Assembly: GCA_012517385.1 (NCBI GenBank)
Contig: JAAYUZ010000150.1
Coordinates: forward strand, 55 to 64,054
DNA: 64,000 nt
Direction: 5' to 3'
Origin: Treponema sp.
GTDB lineage: Bacteria; Spirochaetota; Spirochaetia; Treponematales; Breznakiellaceae
Each line of letters starts with the position of its first letter. The first letter of the stretch is position 1. The position numbers were made by a program, and so were the translations under genes. The notes under the pieces were generated by a model. That model did not search any database and was not told the DNA's origin. It saw nothing but the letters and a program-made list of their open reading frames with translations. Positions 1 through 8,748 of the stretch are shown in pieces.

Positions 1-984
1 GAACTCCAGGACCCAAAGAAGCTCTTTGCTAACCTTGGGAAGCCCCAACCAGAGGTGCTGGATGATAAATTACGGAACTTTGCCTATCAGTTAGAAAGCA
101 GGGCCCGTATAGCGGGACTAGCGACTGTGGAACGCTTTTTTGGTTCCCTTTCCCGGTATCCCGGATACCTGGAACAACTTCTAGATATAAGAGATATAGA
201 AGATATCTACACACTCCTCGCACATCAAGACAGACCTCTTGACCGGTTTCCTATCAGAAGCCTTTCGGTCCAGCTTTACCGGGATTCCAAGCGGCTTGAA
301 TCTCTGTTAGAACTTATAAAACCCTTAGCTAAAAGGCTCGAACAGGATGACCTGCTGTCAGATCTTCCCCGAAGATCTTTTCCAGTGGCATGGATTGTGG
401 GGTCCCTCCAGCTCCATTCGGGCCATCGGGTAATTCTCGAAGGGGGTAACAGCTATTACCCTATGGGTCTTTCATTGGAACTCCTGCAGGGCGCTACGGA
501 TCTGGAAATACAATCTGCCAGGGGGCAGCAGGGGTTCATCAATATACTCTCGATAGAAAATAAGGAAAGTTTTTTTTCTCTTCCCCGGATGGGTCTTCCC
601 TTTGATGGGTTTGTGTACACCAATGGCTGGCCAAACAGTGCGGTCCGCCAGATATTAGATCTATTACATAAAGGGGGCTACAACCTGTACCACGCGGGGG
701 ATCTGGATATAGAAGGGCTGGCAATTTTAGAATACCTCCATGAAACCTACGGTACTAGTCCCTTTGGCATGGATCTGGCAATCTTTGAACGATACCGAGC
801 CTTTGGAAGACCCCTTTTGAATGCGGAGATCCGTTCTCACCGCTTCGAAATCTACATTTCTCGTCTAGCACCGGACCTTAAGACTCTAGCCCAGGAAATT
901 GTAACGTCCCGGATTGGAATTGAACAGGAAATTATTGATTACAGGGAGGCCTCCCATGAAATATCGCCTGGAAAAATCTGCTGA
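1..984 (+). CDS. jetD: JetD-like protein (Wadjet subunit D-like; DUF3322/DUF2220 Toprim-type), 5' end off-window
   Basis: Frame 1 is open from nt 1 with no upstream stop, so the gene starts off-window. The C-terminal half has Toprim-like DUF2220 signatures (ILSIENKESFFSL; YHAGDLDIEGLAILEYL). The middle segment IRSLSVQLYRDSKRLESLL resembles the JetD N-domain. Assignment by eye only. Confidence 0.55.
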   Translation, partial: ELQDPKKLFANLGKPQPEVLDDKLRNFAYQLESRARIAGLATVERFFGSLSRYPGYLEQLLDIRDIEDIYTLLAHQDRPLDRFPIRSLSVQLYRDSKRLESLLELIKPLAKRLEQDDLLSDLPRRSFPVAWIVGSLQLHSGHRVILEGGNSYYPMGLSLELLQGATDLEIQSARGQQGFINILSIENKESFFSLPRMGLPFDGFVYTNGWPNSAVRQILDLLHKGGYNLYHAGDLDIEGLAILEYLHETYGTSPFGMDLAIFERYRAFGRPLLNAEIRSHRFEIYISRLAPDLKTLAQEIVTSRIGIEQEIIDYREASHEISPGKIC

Positions 985-1171
985 GTTCGTATACGAACTT
1001 CCCCCTACCGGTCCCATGCAGGTGCCCCTCAGACTCTATACTACCGAGGGGATGCTTACACAGCTTTTAGAAGACCAATCTGGGGTAGAAACTAAGGGTA
1101 ATCTTTATCCCTGCCCGTCAAGCAGAGCCCCAAGAAATGAGGCCGGCGGCTCCCAGGCCCGGTCTCCATAG
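956..1171 (+). pseudogene. Truncated RtcB-like ORF (N-terminal ~42 aa only)
   Basis: ATG at 956 is preceded by GGGAGG (944-949) and the ORF overlaps the JetD-like gene end. MKYRLEKSAEFVYELPPTGPMQVPLRLYTTEGMLTQLLED resembles N-termini of archaeal-type RtcB RNA ligases. The resemblance ends near 1085, and the rest overlaps the convergent HDAC gene. A full RtcB would be several-fold longer. Confidence 0.35.
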
Positions 1172-2148
1172 CCCCCTGCCATAAGCCATGCCGAAGGTAT
1201 ATGCCGTTCTCTTAAAAAGGTATAGACAAGGAGATCCCGCTCGACACAGGTATCCAAAGACAACTGCAGGTCTGAAGTGGAAGGCAGTTCATCCTTTTCA
1301 TAGGGATCAGCTCCGTCAACCACTATGGCAAGATCAGGCAACCTCTTACGGGACAAAACCTCAAGTTTTTTAAGGCCCGTTCCAAGCTGTTCCACATAGG
1401 AACCTTGTTCATCCTTCGAAATGGGAAGCTCCACATCAGAGGGGATAAGGGGAGCCCTGCCGGGGACGGCCCGGGAAAGGGTTTCCGCATCCAGGGGCCA
1501 GGACGAAGCCATGTGGATCGAAAGGGTCAGAATTGATGGGTCCCCTGAGGTTAATTCAGTGGTGCCATCGCCCTTATGAGCATCCAGATCTATAATCCAG
1601 ATTGATGAAACCAGCCCTTCTGCCTGAAGCCGCCTTGCGCTTATGACAATGTCATTTACAAGACAAAAGCCTGCACCGGCATCGCGCCTTGCATGGTGCA
1701 TACCGCCCCCCAGGTAAAAACAGAGATCCGGCTGTACAAGGGCAAGGCGGCAGGCAAGATAGGTTCCCCATACCTGGTTTAGAATAGTACTGAAAAGTCC
1801 GGTAAGGGACTGCGAAGCAAGATCCGGGCGATACCGTCTGGGCTGACCCCGTTCATCAATCAACTCATAGGTCTTAATAAGTTCAGCCTCGAGCCCTTCA
1901 CCGAAAAGGGCTGACACGTACTCCCTGCTGTGTACCCGTTCCAGATCTTCCCGGCCTATATGACGGTCATTTTTCGGGATTTCCAGCAATTCCGCCGCGG
2001 TCTTAAGATTGAGCACTTCTGTTGTTTTATCCGGATATTTTTTCTGCAGGTACTCCAGCACCGCCTGAGAGCGCCGATCCCGGATAGGAATCTGTATGCC
2101 ATAATCGGGGAAGTGCATATCCAGCAAAGGGTCGTACAGTAATATCAT
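1105..2148 (-). CDS. Histone deacetylase-family (AcuC/acetylpolyamine amidohydrolase-like) protein
   Basis: 347-aa ORF with GGGMHHA and IDLDAHKGDGT, the catalytic and metal-binding motifs of the HDAC/arginase superfamily. Confidence 0.85.
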   Translation of the reverse strand: MILLYDPLLDMHFPDYGIQIPIRDRRSQAVLEYLQKKYPDKTTEVLNLKTAAELLEIPKNDRHIGREDLERVHSREYVSALFGEGLEAELIKTYELIDERGQPRRYRPDLASQSLTGLFSTILNQVWGTYLACRLALVQPDLCFYLGGGMHHARRDAGAGFCLVNDIVISARRLQAEGLVSSIWIIDLDAHKGDGTTELTSGDPSILTLSIHMASSWPLDAETLSRAVPGRAPLIPSDVELPISKDEQGSYVEQLGTGLKKLEVLSRKRLPDLAIVVDGADPYEKDELPSTSDLQLSLDTCVERDLLVYTFLRERHIPSAWLMAGGYGDRAWEPPASFLGALLDGQG

Positions 2149-2160
2149 ATCAGTATTAAC

Positions 2161-2541
2161 TTATTGTTTCTTTTTTCTGCTGAAGTTTTTTGAATCATAC
2201 TCATCGGAGCCGATCCAGAGATCGACCTTGGTTCCTTCTGTTGTTCTGGATACATCTCCATGTTTAATCTGCCATCCAATAAGGTTCAGCCGGGCAGCGC
2301 TGATTGCATCGGTCCCCGCCATAGCACCATAATATTCAGATAATTCCGGGCGTACCTTCGGGTTCAAATCATGTTCCATCTTTTTTAGTTCAGAATCACT
2401 CCGCTGAATATCATCCATTACCGACAGATGCAATCCATCCGTTTCATTATGAAGTGAAATTACCATACGGGAAGGAGATTGCTCCATGATATAATTGGTA
2501 ATCTCGCTCACCAGATGAACAATAACTTCTTTATGCTGCAT
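2161..2541 (-). CDS. Hypothetical 126-aa protein
   Basis: ORF lies 4 nt downstream of the membrane-protein gene and 12 nt upstream of the HDAC-like gene. It is hydrophilic, with no motif I recognise. Confidence 0.5.
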   Translation of the reverse strand: MQHKEVIVHLVSEITNYIMEQSPSRMVISLHNETDGLHLSVMDDIQRSDSELKKMEHDLNPKVRPELSEYYGAMAGTDAISAARLNLIGWQIKHGDVSRTTEGTKVDLWIGSDEYDSKNFSRKKKQ

Positions 2542-2545
2542 TGTA

Positions 2546-3796
2546 TCACCTCTTTTTTATATTAGCCTTAATCCATTCGGACACTGCAAAGATAAAGGTT
2601 GCAACTAAACCGCCTGAAAATCCGTTATTATAAAGTACAAGACCACCATGCCATACCGCAGTTCGTTCTACAAGTACTAAATGAAGAAATCCAGCAATGA
2701 TTCCCGGCACAATACCAAACTCACCAGCAATAGGAGCAAGGGTAGTACCGAATAGTAATGCAAGGAGCGGTCCTGGTGCGGTAGGAGATTTACCAGAAAT
2801 GAGCGTTGCTGCGAGAATACCTGATACAACGGGCCAGACATTCTTTAGATGCTTACCGAATGTTCCAAAACCAATAATTGTAAAAAGGGCTCCAATCACC
2901 GGGCCATTAAATACAGCGCCAATGCTTATAACATATATTGAGCCAGCTAATCCAAGGAGTCCCGCATTAAGCAGAGCAGCACCTGGAGATACCAGATCTG
3001 TAAAATCCGCTGGCAGACGACCTGAAAGCTTTTGTATTGCCATTAAACCGGTAACAGACTTTTTTATTCCATCTACGGATATCCCTGCAATTATTAATAA
3101 TAAAGAAACAATTGGAATAATTGCTGTTAAAATTAATGAAAAGGTTGTATTCCATTCAACTTGAATTGATAAATCCATGCCCACTGCAGTAAACAGGGAT
3201 GCGAAGAATAGGCCAAGAAAACCACAGGAAAAACCAACATTATAAAGATTATAACCTTCATGGAGCCGCAACATGGCAATTGCCAGGGAAGGTAATAATA
3301 CTCCAACTATCATCCCTAGAAGCAGACCAAGAAGTATTGCAACCAGAGGGTGCAGACCAGAAATATTGGCTACATAACTTGTAATAGGACCAAAGGCTGT
3401 TCCAAAAAGAGCAATGATCAGATAATTTTTAAATGATTTTCCCGCCAATTTTGCCGCTATATAGACACCAAACACAATGGGCGCTGTATTTACAGGGGTT
3501 TTGCCAAAAAAACTAAAGCCAATGATGGTCATTATAGCAGCAAAGGTTGGTCCAGAAAGGGAAACTCCAGCCAATTGAATAACCAGAAGTCCTAAAAACC
3601 CCATTAAAGAAACATTTAACAAAACGGCACCTATACCACCAATGCTGGAAAAATCACTAATGAGTCTGCCAGGATGGGTTAGGATATTATAATAACCATA
3701 TAAAACATCTAAAGGAGGCTCAACTAAAAATGCCAGGACAAATAAAAAGCAAATAATACCTAATAAGATAATAAAAAGCGGATTTCTATCATTCAT
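2546..3796 (-). CDS. Polytopic integral membrane protein (DUF1576-like)
   Basis: 416-aa ORF made almost entirely of Gly/Ile/Leu/Ala-rich hydrophobic segments (roughly 10-12 helices). The family name is from memory of similar proteins and has low certainty. Confidence 0.6.
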   Translation of the reverse strand: MNDRNPLFIILLGIICFLFVLAFLVEPPLDVLYGYYNILTHPGRLISDFSSIGGIGAVLLNVSLMGFLGLLVIQLAGVSLSGPTFAAIMTIIGFSFFGKTPVNTAPIVFGVYIAAKLAGKSFKNYLIIALFGTAFGPITSYVANISGLHPLVAILLGLLLGMIVGVLLPSLAIAMLRLHEGYNLYNVGFSCGFLGLFFASLFTAVGMDLSIQVEWNTTFSLILTAIIPIVSLLLIIAGISVDGIKKSVTGLMAIQKLSGRLPADFTDLVSPGAALLNAGLLGLAGSIYVISIGAVFNGPVIGALFTIIGFGTFGKHLKNVWPVVSGILAATLISGKSPTAPGPLLALLFGTTLAPIAGEFGIVPGIIAGFLHLVLVERTAVWHGGLVLYNNGFSGGLVATFIFAVSEWIKANIKKR

Positions 3797-3815
3797 GTAT
3801 TACAAACTCCCTCTT

Positions 3816-4880
3816 TTATGGACGAACATGATACACCTGATAAACCCCATCTACGCCCTTAAAAGTATGGGTAGATCGATAGACCCGGGGCACATATTTC
3901 CGAAGCAGCGTCTTATGTTCCAGAGGAGCGAATACATTCTCCGAAAGAATGATTTCGTTTGGCTGGGCAATGCCCTGTATCCGGGCAGCTAAATTTACCG
4001 TAGTGCCAAAATAATCGAGCCGATTGTTCAGGGTAACCAGAATGGTAGGGCCTGAGTGGATTCCAATTTTTACCTCTATCCGTTCCTTTTCTGGACGGTT
4101 CTGATAATAGGAGCGCAGGGTCTGCTGAGCCTCGACAGCTGCTATAATAGCATGACGGCCATCGACAAAGGAGCCCATCACCGCATCTCCGATGGTCTTT
4201 ACGGGAAGGCCATTGTATTTTTGAATACACTCAAAAAGAATTCTAAAATGCTCCCGGACCAAACCAAAGGCTTTAGCATCCCCCAAATCGGAGTACATTC
4301 TGGTGGAACCCTTTATATCCGTAAACAGGATGGTGCTGTTCATCAATTCAAGACTCTGATCCTGCGGGAGGGTTTCAGCACCAAAATACTCCCGGTACAG
4401 GGGATGTTGAATCACATCAACCGCATAGATTGTGTGGGGATTTTGCCAATCAAAATGCATATGTTGAGTAATATCTTCCCTCATCAGGTTATGATATCGC
4501 TCCTTTAACGCCTTAGATTGTGGCGCTTTACCGGGGTGGAGAGAAAAAAAGACTTCTATGTTACGATCTATCACATTGGCAAAATTCACCTTACAAACCG
4601 GACAGTAATCATCATGGGTAGCTTCGTGGAGGCTGACCGTTTCTTTTGGAACACCACCACAGTGGGGACAATGGAAAACCCATTCCATCACAAGAAAGCC
4701 TTCATACAAGGCTTTTATACAAGCTGCGAGCATCACCGGTCTTGGGATCTGGTTTTCATCTGCAAGTTTATATACATCAATATGAAAGCTCCCCTGCTCA
4801 TCGCTTTGTTCAAGATAGGTTCTAAGTACCGATACGGCATCCTGGTGTTTTGTCTGGACCAGGGTATTTGAAAGTGTCAT
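3816..4880 (-). CDS. Class III adenylate/guanylate cyclase with N-terminal zinc-ribbon domain (DUF5939-like)
   Basis: Cyclase motifs FTDIKGST, VKTIGDAVMG, GIHSGP and LDYFGTTVNLAARIQ. The N-terminal ~170 aa contain CPHCGG...CPVCK. Confidence 0.85.
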   Translation of the reverse strand: MTLSNTLVQTKHQDAVSVLRTYLEQSDEQGSFHIDVYKLADENQIPRPVMLAACIKALYEGFLVMEWVFHCPHCGGVPKETVSLHEATHDDYCPVCKVNFANVIDRNIEVFFSLHPGKAPQSKALKERYHNLMREDITQHMHFDWQNPHTIYAVDVIQHPLYREYFGAETLPQDQSLELMNSTILFTDIKGSTRMYSDLGDAKAFGLVREHFRILFECIQKYNGLPVKTIGDAVMGSFVDGRHAIIAAVEAQQTLRSYYQNRPEKERIEVKIGIHSGPTILVTLNNRLDYFGTTVNLAARIQGIAQPNEIILSENVFAPLEHKTLLRKYVPRVYRSTHTFKGVDGVYQVYHVRP

Positions 4881-4938
4881 GAATAAGCCTCCATAGATAG
4901 TATAACATTCCTAACATGGGTGATGCACTGCCCAGTAA

Positions 4939-6198
4939 TCATCCATCCTTTGGCCAGGATTCCAACAGGTCCTTCACTGTTTTCAGGAAACCGTCTGCAC
5001 CCTCACCATCCATCACCCGGTGATCGAAGACAAAGGATAGATATACCATGGGTTTAATAGCGATTGCATCGCTACCATCTGCAGTCTGGACTACCATGGG
5101 ACGTTTCTGCATGGCACCGATTCCTAATATTCCTGTGTGGCCCTCAACGATAACCGGGGTTGCAAACAGGGAGCCTCCCGTGCCGTGGTTGGTTACAGAA
5201 AAGGTTGCCCCCCGGACATCATCCACCGTAAGGGCCCGGTTTCGGGCCCGAGCTGCCAGGTCCTCGATACGGCTCGCCAGTTCTTTAAGGGATAGCCGCT
5301 CCGCATTACGAATTACCGGTACTATAAGCCCTTCAGAGCCCAGGGCTACGGCCATACCAATATTGATATCCTCATGGTACTCCATGCCCTCATCGGTCCA
5401 GGACGCATTAACCAGGGGATGTCTGAGAAGGGCATGGGCTGCAGCCTGGACAAAATAGGCGGTCAGGGTAAGTCGTATTCCCTCTCGGGCAAAGGCATCC
5501 CGGTGCATCGACCGGTGCTGAAGCACCGCGCTGAGGTCAGCTTCCATGACGGTCAGCACAGGAGCAGAACTATGCATGGACCGGAGCATCCGTTCGGCAA
5601 TCCGTTTCCGGCCCGTAGAATGGGGTACCACGTTTGATGTCCGGGTGGATATTGATGGGACCGCTTTATGGTTCTGTTCCAGATAGTCCAGTATGTCCTG
5701 CTTCATTATCCGGCCGCCCAGGCCCGTACCATGGATTTTAGCCGGATCAAGACCATGGGTACGGATGAGCTTTCGGGCCAGGGGCGAAAGAAAGCCCGCT
5801 GTTTTTTGGATGCCTTCACCACCAGGGGGTATCTGGGATTGTGGATTCACCTGGTGTAGCGGAGCAGGTTGGTTTTTAGAGGACGCCCCTGCATTTGGAC
5901 TGGGTGCAGAGATGGGCTTAGTTCCCGTTGCACCTTGCTGGTCCCGATCAGAAGCTGTTTGTTCCGTTTCCAGATTGATGAGGGGAGAACCCACCTGAAC
6001 GAGGTCACCCTCCCGTACCAGGATGTCCTTCACGGTACCCGCTATGGGGCTGTTGAGCTCTGAGACCACCTTATCCGATTCAAGTTCCATTAGCCCCTGA
6101 TGCTCTGTAACCCGCTCCCCAGCCGCTACCAGAATTTTTCCGATCGTAAGTTCCTCTACCCCTTCCCCCAGACGGGGGGCACGGATTGTCTGTATCAT
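4939..6198 (-). CDS. Dihydrolipoamide acyltransferase (E2) of a 2-oxoacid/acetoin dehydrogenase complex
   Basis: Lipoyl domain (ELESDKVVSELNSP), a Pro/Ala/Gln linker, a subunit-binding segment (SPLARKLIRTHGLDPAKIHGTGLGGRI) and the catalytic DHRVMDG motif. Confidence 0.9.
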   Translation of the reverse strand: MIQTIRAPRLGEGVEELTIGKILVAAGERVTEHQGLMELESDKVVSELNSPIAGTVKDILVREGDLVQVGSPLINLETEQTASDRDQQGATGTKPISAPSPNAGASSKNQPAPLHQVNPQSQIPPGGEGIQKTAGFLSPLARKLIRTHGLDPAKIHGTGLGGRIMKQDILDYLEQNHKAVPSISTRTSNVVPHSTGRKRIAERMLRSMHSSAPVLTVMEADLSAVLQHRSMHRDAFAREGIRLTLTAYFVQAAAHALLRHPLVNASWTDEGMEYHEDINIGMAVALGSEGLIVPVIRNAERLSLKELASRIEDLAARARNRALTVDDVRGATFSVTNHGTGGSLFATPVIVEGHTGILGIGAMQKRPMVVQTADGSDAIAIKPMVYLSFVFDHRVMDGEGADGFLKTVKDLLESWPKDG

Positions 6199-6210
6199 AC
6201 AAGGGTCTCC

Positions 6211-8607
6211 TTACCAAAGGGCTGGGAATCGAGCCGGCATGGCTTCATGCAGAATTTCATAGGCTCCATTAAAAATAGTTTCCCGATTTGGTTTCGACCA
6301 GTAGTCTCCGTCGGATCCATAGGCTGGCCGGTGGGGGGCTGCGGTGAGGGTCCGCGGCGGGGAATCGAGCAGTTCATAACCGCCCTGGACTTCCAGAATT
6401 TCCCTGAGCATATAGGCACTGGCACCACCGGGTACATCCTCATCGACCACAAGGAGCCGGCTTGTTTTTTTCAGGGATTCATGGATCATACCGCGGAGAT
6501 CAAAGGGGAGCAGGGACTGGATATCAATCACCTCAGCTTCGGCCCCGCAGCGGGCCAGGAGGTCCGCCGCTTCCATAACAGGCCGGACCGCAGCCCCATA
6601 GGTTACGAGGGTGATATCCTTTCCCTCACGGAGTACTTCACAGACCCCAGGGGGGAGACAGATATGGGCCAGATTTTCAGGCAGCGGTTCCTTTCGGCGA
6701 TACCCATTCAGCACTTCTATGATGATGGCACTGTCATCGGAGGCAAGCATGGCGTTGTAGAATGCGGCTGCCCTGGTAAAATCCCGGGGCACCAGGAGAT
6801 ACATTCCCCGAATAAGATGTAAAATGCCTCCCATGGGAGAGCCCGAATGCCAGATCCCCTCCAGACGGTGTCCCCGGGTACGGATGATGACCGGTGCTTT
6901 CTGGGAACCTGCGGTCCGCCAGTACAGGGAAGCTAGATCATCCGAAAGGAGCTGGAGACCGTAGAGCAGATAATCCAGATATTGAATTTCCGCTATGGGC
7001 TTAAAACCCCGGAGAGCCAGACCTATGGCTTGTCCCACAATGGTAGCCTCCCGGATTCCCGTATCGGTCACCCTGAGTGCACCATACTTTTCCTGGAGGC
7101 CGTGGAACCCCTGATTCACATCCCCCAATTGCCCCATATCTTCTCCAAAGGCAATAATGCGTCTATCCCGGGCAAGGGCGGCATCAAAATAATCGTGGAT
7201 GATTTCAAAGCCCATCCGAAGAGGAGGGTTCTCCCCATACTCAGGCTGAATTTCGGTGATATTTAAGGCGGATCTTTTACCTTCAGCATATAAATATGAT
7301 CCATACACCTTTAACCGGTCAGCCTCAAGTTTCTGGTAGAGCTCCAGAACCGGACGTACATCAGGGTTATTGCCGGCAAGAACAGCTTCAGAGCCTGATA
7401 TATTGGCTTTTCTGGGTAGCAGCGCTTCATGGAGCGCCGCTGCAATATCCCTGAAGGCTGGTGTGTCCTGCGCTTCCAGAGTGTCTGCACTAAGTCCCGC
7501 GGCTTTTAAGACCCTGAGAGCTTCTTCTTTTACCTGTAAAATAGGCTTACGATACTCCTCATAGGCAAGCCGCCGTTCCTGCTCTACAAAGGCCTGTTCT
7601 TCAGCTTCAAGCTGTTCAAGCTCTGCACTCACCGCCATATTCTGTTCAAGCAGGTACCGCTTAAACTGGACGATGCAATCATATTCTGCTTCCCAGACAA
7701 GCCGATCCGCATCCTTGTATCGTTCATGGGAACCCGAAGTAGAATGCCCCAGGGGCTGGGTTAATTCGGTTACGTGAACTAAGGCTGGGACATGATGCTG
7801 CCGGGCCTCTGCGCTGGCTGCCTTAAAGATTTCACAGAGGGCAGGATAGTCCCAGCCCCGGACTGAATAAAGATCAAAGCCCCGGTCACAGGTTTCTCCA
7901 GGACAGCTGGTACGCTGAAACCCCGCCAGGGCTGCATGGATATTTTCTTTTACCATCTGAAAACGGTTCGGCACTGAAATACCGTAGCCGTCATCGTATA
8001 CCGTTATTACCGCCGGGACCCGGAGCACCCCGATGGCATTTACCGATTCCCAGAACAGCCCCTCCGCGGTGGATGCATTCCCTATGGTGGCCCACACCAC
8101 CTCATTCCCATTCCGGGAAAAGCCGCGGCTTGCGGGTCCCTGAGGTCCAAGCTGGCGGTATAAAAGGGATGCGTAAGCCAGGCCTACAGCCCGGGGCATC
8201 TGGGATGCCGTAGGAGACAGGTCCGCTGCAGAATTGTACCGATCAGTCTGGTCGAGCCAATTTCCATCCGGGTCGAGCAGCCGGGTTGCAAAATGGTTAT
8301 TCATGCTTCGGCCCCCGGTTTGCACCTCATGAGCAGGGTCTGTGTCGCCATACAACTGGGCAAAGAATTGCCGGACCGTAAGCAGACCGAGGGCAAACAT
8401 CAGAGTCTGATCCCGATAATACCCGGAACGCCAATCCCCCTTTTCAAAGGATCTAGCCATGGCAAGCTGTACCATCTCTTTACCATCACCAAAGATGCCG
8501 AATTTAGCCCTGCCATTCAGAACCTCCCGCCGTCCCACAACCGAGGCAATCCGGGAACGGAGGGCCAGCCGGTAATCATCGATACTCATAATTATAATGA
8601 TAGTCAT
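6211..8607 (-). CDS. Fused E1 alpha/beta (TPP-dependent 2-oxoacid dehydrogenase E1 component)
   Basis: 798-aa ORF. The N-terminal half has a TPP-binding E1-alpha pattern (GNASTAEGLFWESVNAIGVLRVPAVITVYDDGYGIS). The C-terminal half is E1-beta/transketolase-like (RVTDTGIREATIVGQAIGLALRGFKPIAEIQYLDY). The start may be 8607 or 8589; there is no clear SD. Confidence 0.85.
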   Translation of the reverse strand: MTIIIIMSIDDYRLALRSRIASVVGRREVLNGRAKFGIFGDGKEMVQLAMARSFEKGDWRSGYYRDQTLMFALGLLTVRQFFAQLYGDTDPAHEVQTGGRSMNNHFATRLLDPDGNWLDQTDRYNSAADLSPTASQMPRAVGLAYASLLYRQLGPQGPASRGFSRNGNEVVWATIGNASTAEGLFWESVNAIGVLRVPAVITVYDDGYGISVPNRFQMVKENIHAALAGFQRTSCPGETCDRGFDLYSVRGWDYPALCEIFKAASAEARQHHVPALVHVTELTQPLGHSTSGSHERYKDADRLVWEAEYDCIVQFKRYLLEQNMAVSAELEQLEAEEQAFVEQERRLAYEEYRKPILQVKEEALRVLKAAGLSADTLEAQDTPAFRDIAAALHEALLPRKANISGSEAVLAGNNPDVRPVLELYQKLEADRLKVYGSYLYAEGKRSALNITEIQPEYGENPPLRMGFEIIHDYFDAALARDRRIIAFGEDMGQLGDVNQGFHGLQEKYGALRVTDTGIREATIVGQAIGLALRGFKPIAEIQYLDYLLYGLQLLSDDLASLYWRTAGSQKAPVIIRTRGHRLEGIWHSGSPMGGILHLIRGMYLLVPRDFTRAAAFYNAMLASDDSAIIIEVLNGYRRKEPLPENLAHICLPPGVCEVLREGKDITLVTYGAAVRPVMEAADLLARCGAEAEVIDIQSLLPFDLRGMIHESLKKTSRLLVVDEDVPGGASAYMLREILEVQGGYELLDSPPRTLTAAPHRPAYGSDGDYWSKPNRETIFNGAYEILHEAMPARFPALW

Positions 8608-8748
8608 TTATATATTACTATTCAAGTAATGTTTAATTTTATGGATGGTCTGCTTGCGGCGGCATCCACTTTGTTTGTTAGCCCTGCGGTGCCAGTCCTT
8701 GGCTTACTGTGCTTGCGGCGGCAGCTTTTTTACAGTAGCCTTAAAGCT

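Noticed and set aside
3816-4880. Reading the class III cyclase as a Pycsar-type pyrimidine cyclase
   Set aside because: The Lys (VKTIGD) and Asp (LDYFG) at the purine (adenine)-specifying positions are retained. The downstream membrane protein has no visible cyclic-nucleotide-binding domain. I kept it only as a moderate-interest neighbourhood observation.
6100-6822. 240-aa + strand ORF
   Set aside because: It lies entirely antisense to the strongly supported E2/E1 genes. It has no motifs, and its composition is typical of a shadow ORF in G+C-rich coding DNA.
8293-8748. N-terminal 152 codons of the 368-aa track ORF upstream of the SGNH esterase
   Set aside because: This part is antisense to the E1 gene and crosses the intergenic promoter region. 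The SGNH block I (GDSNTWG) follows the internal ATG at 8749 directly, as in normal family members.
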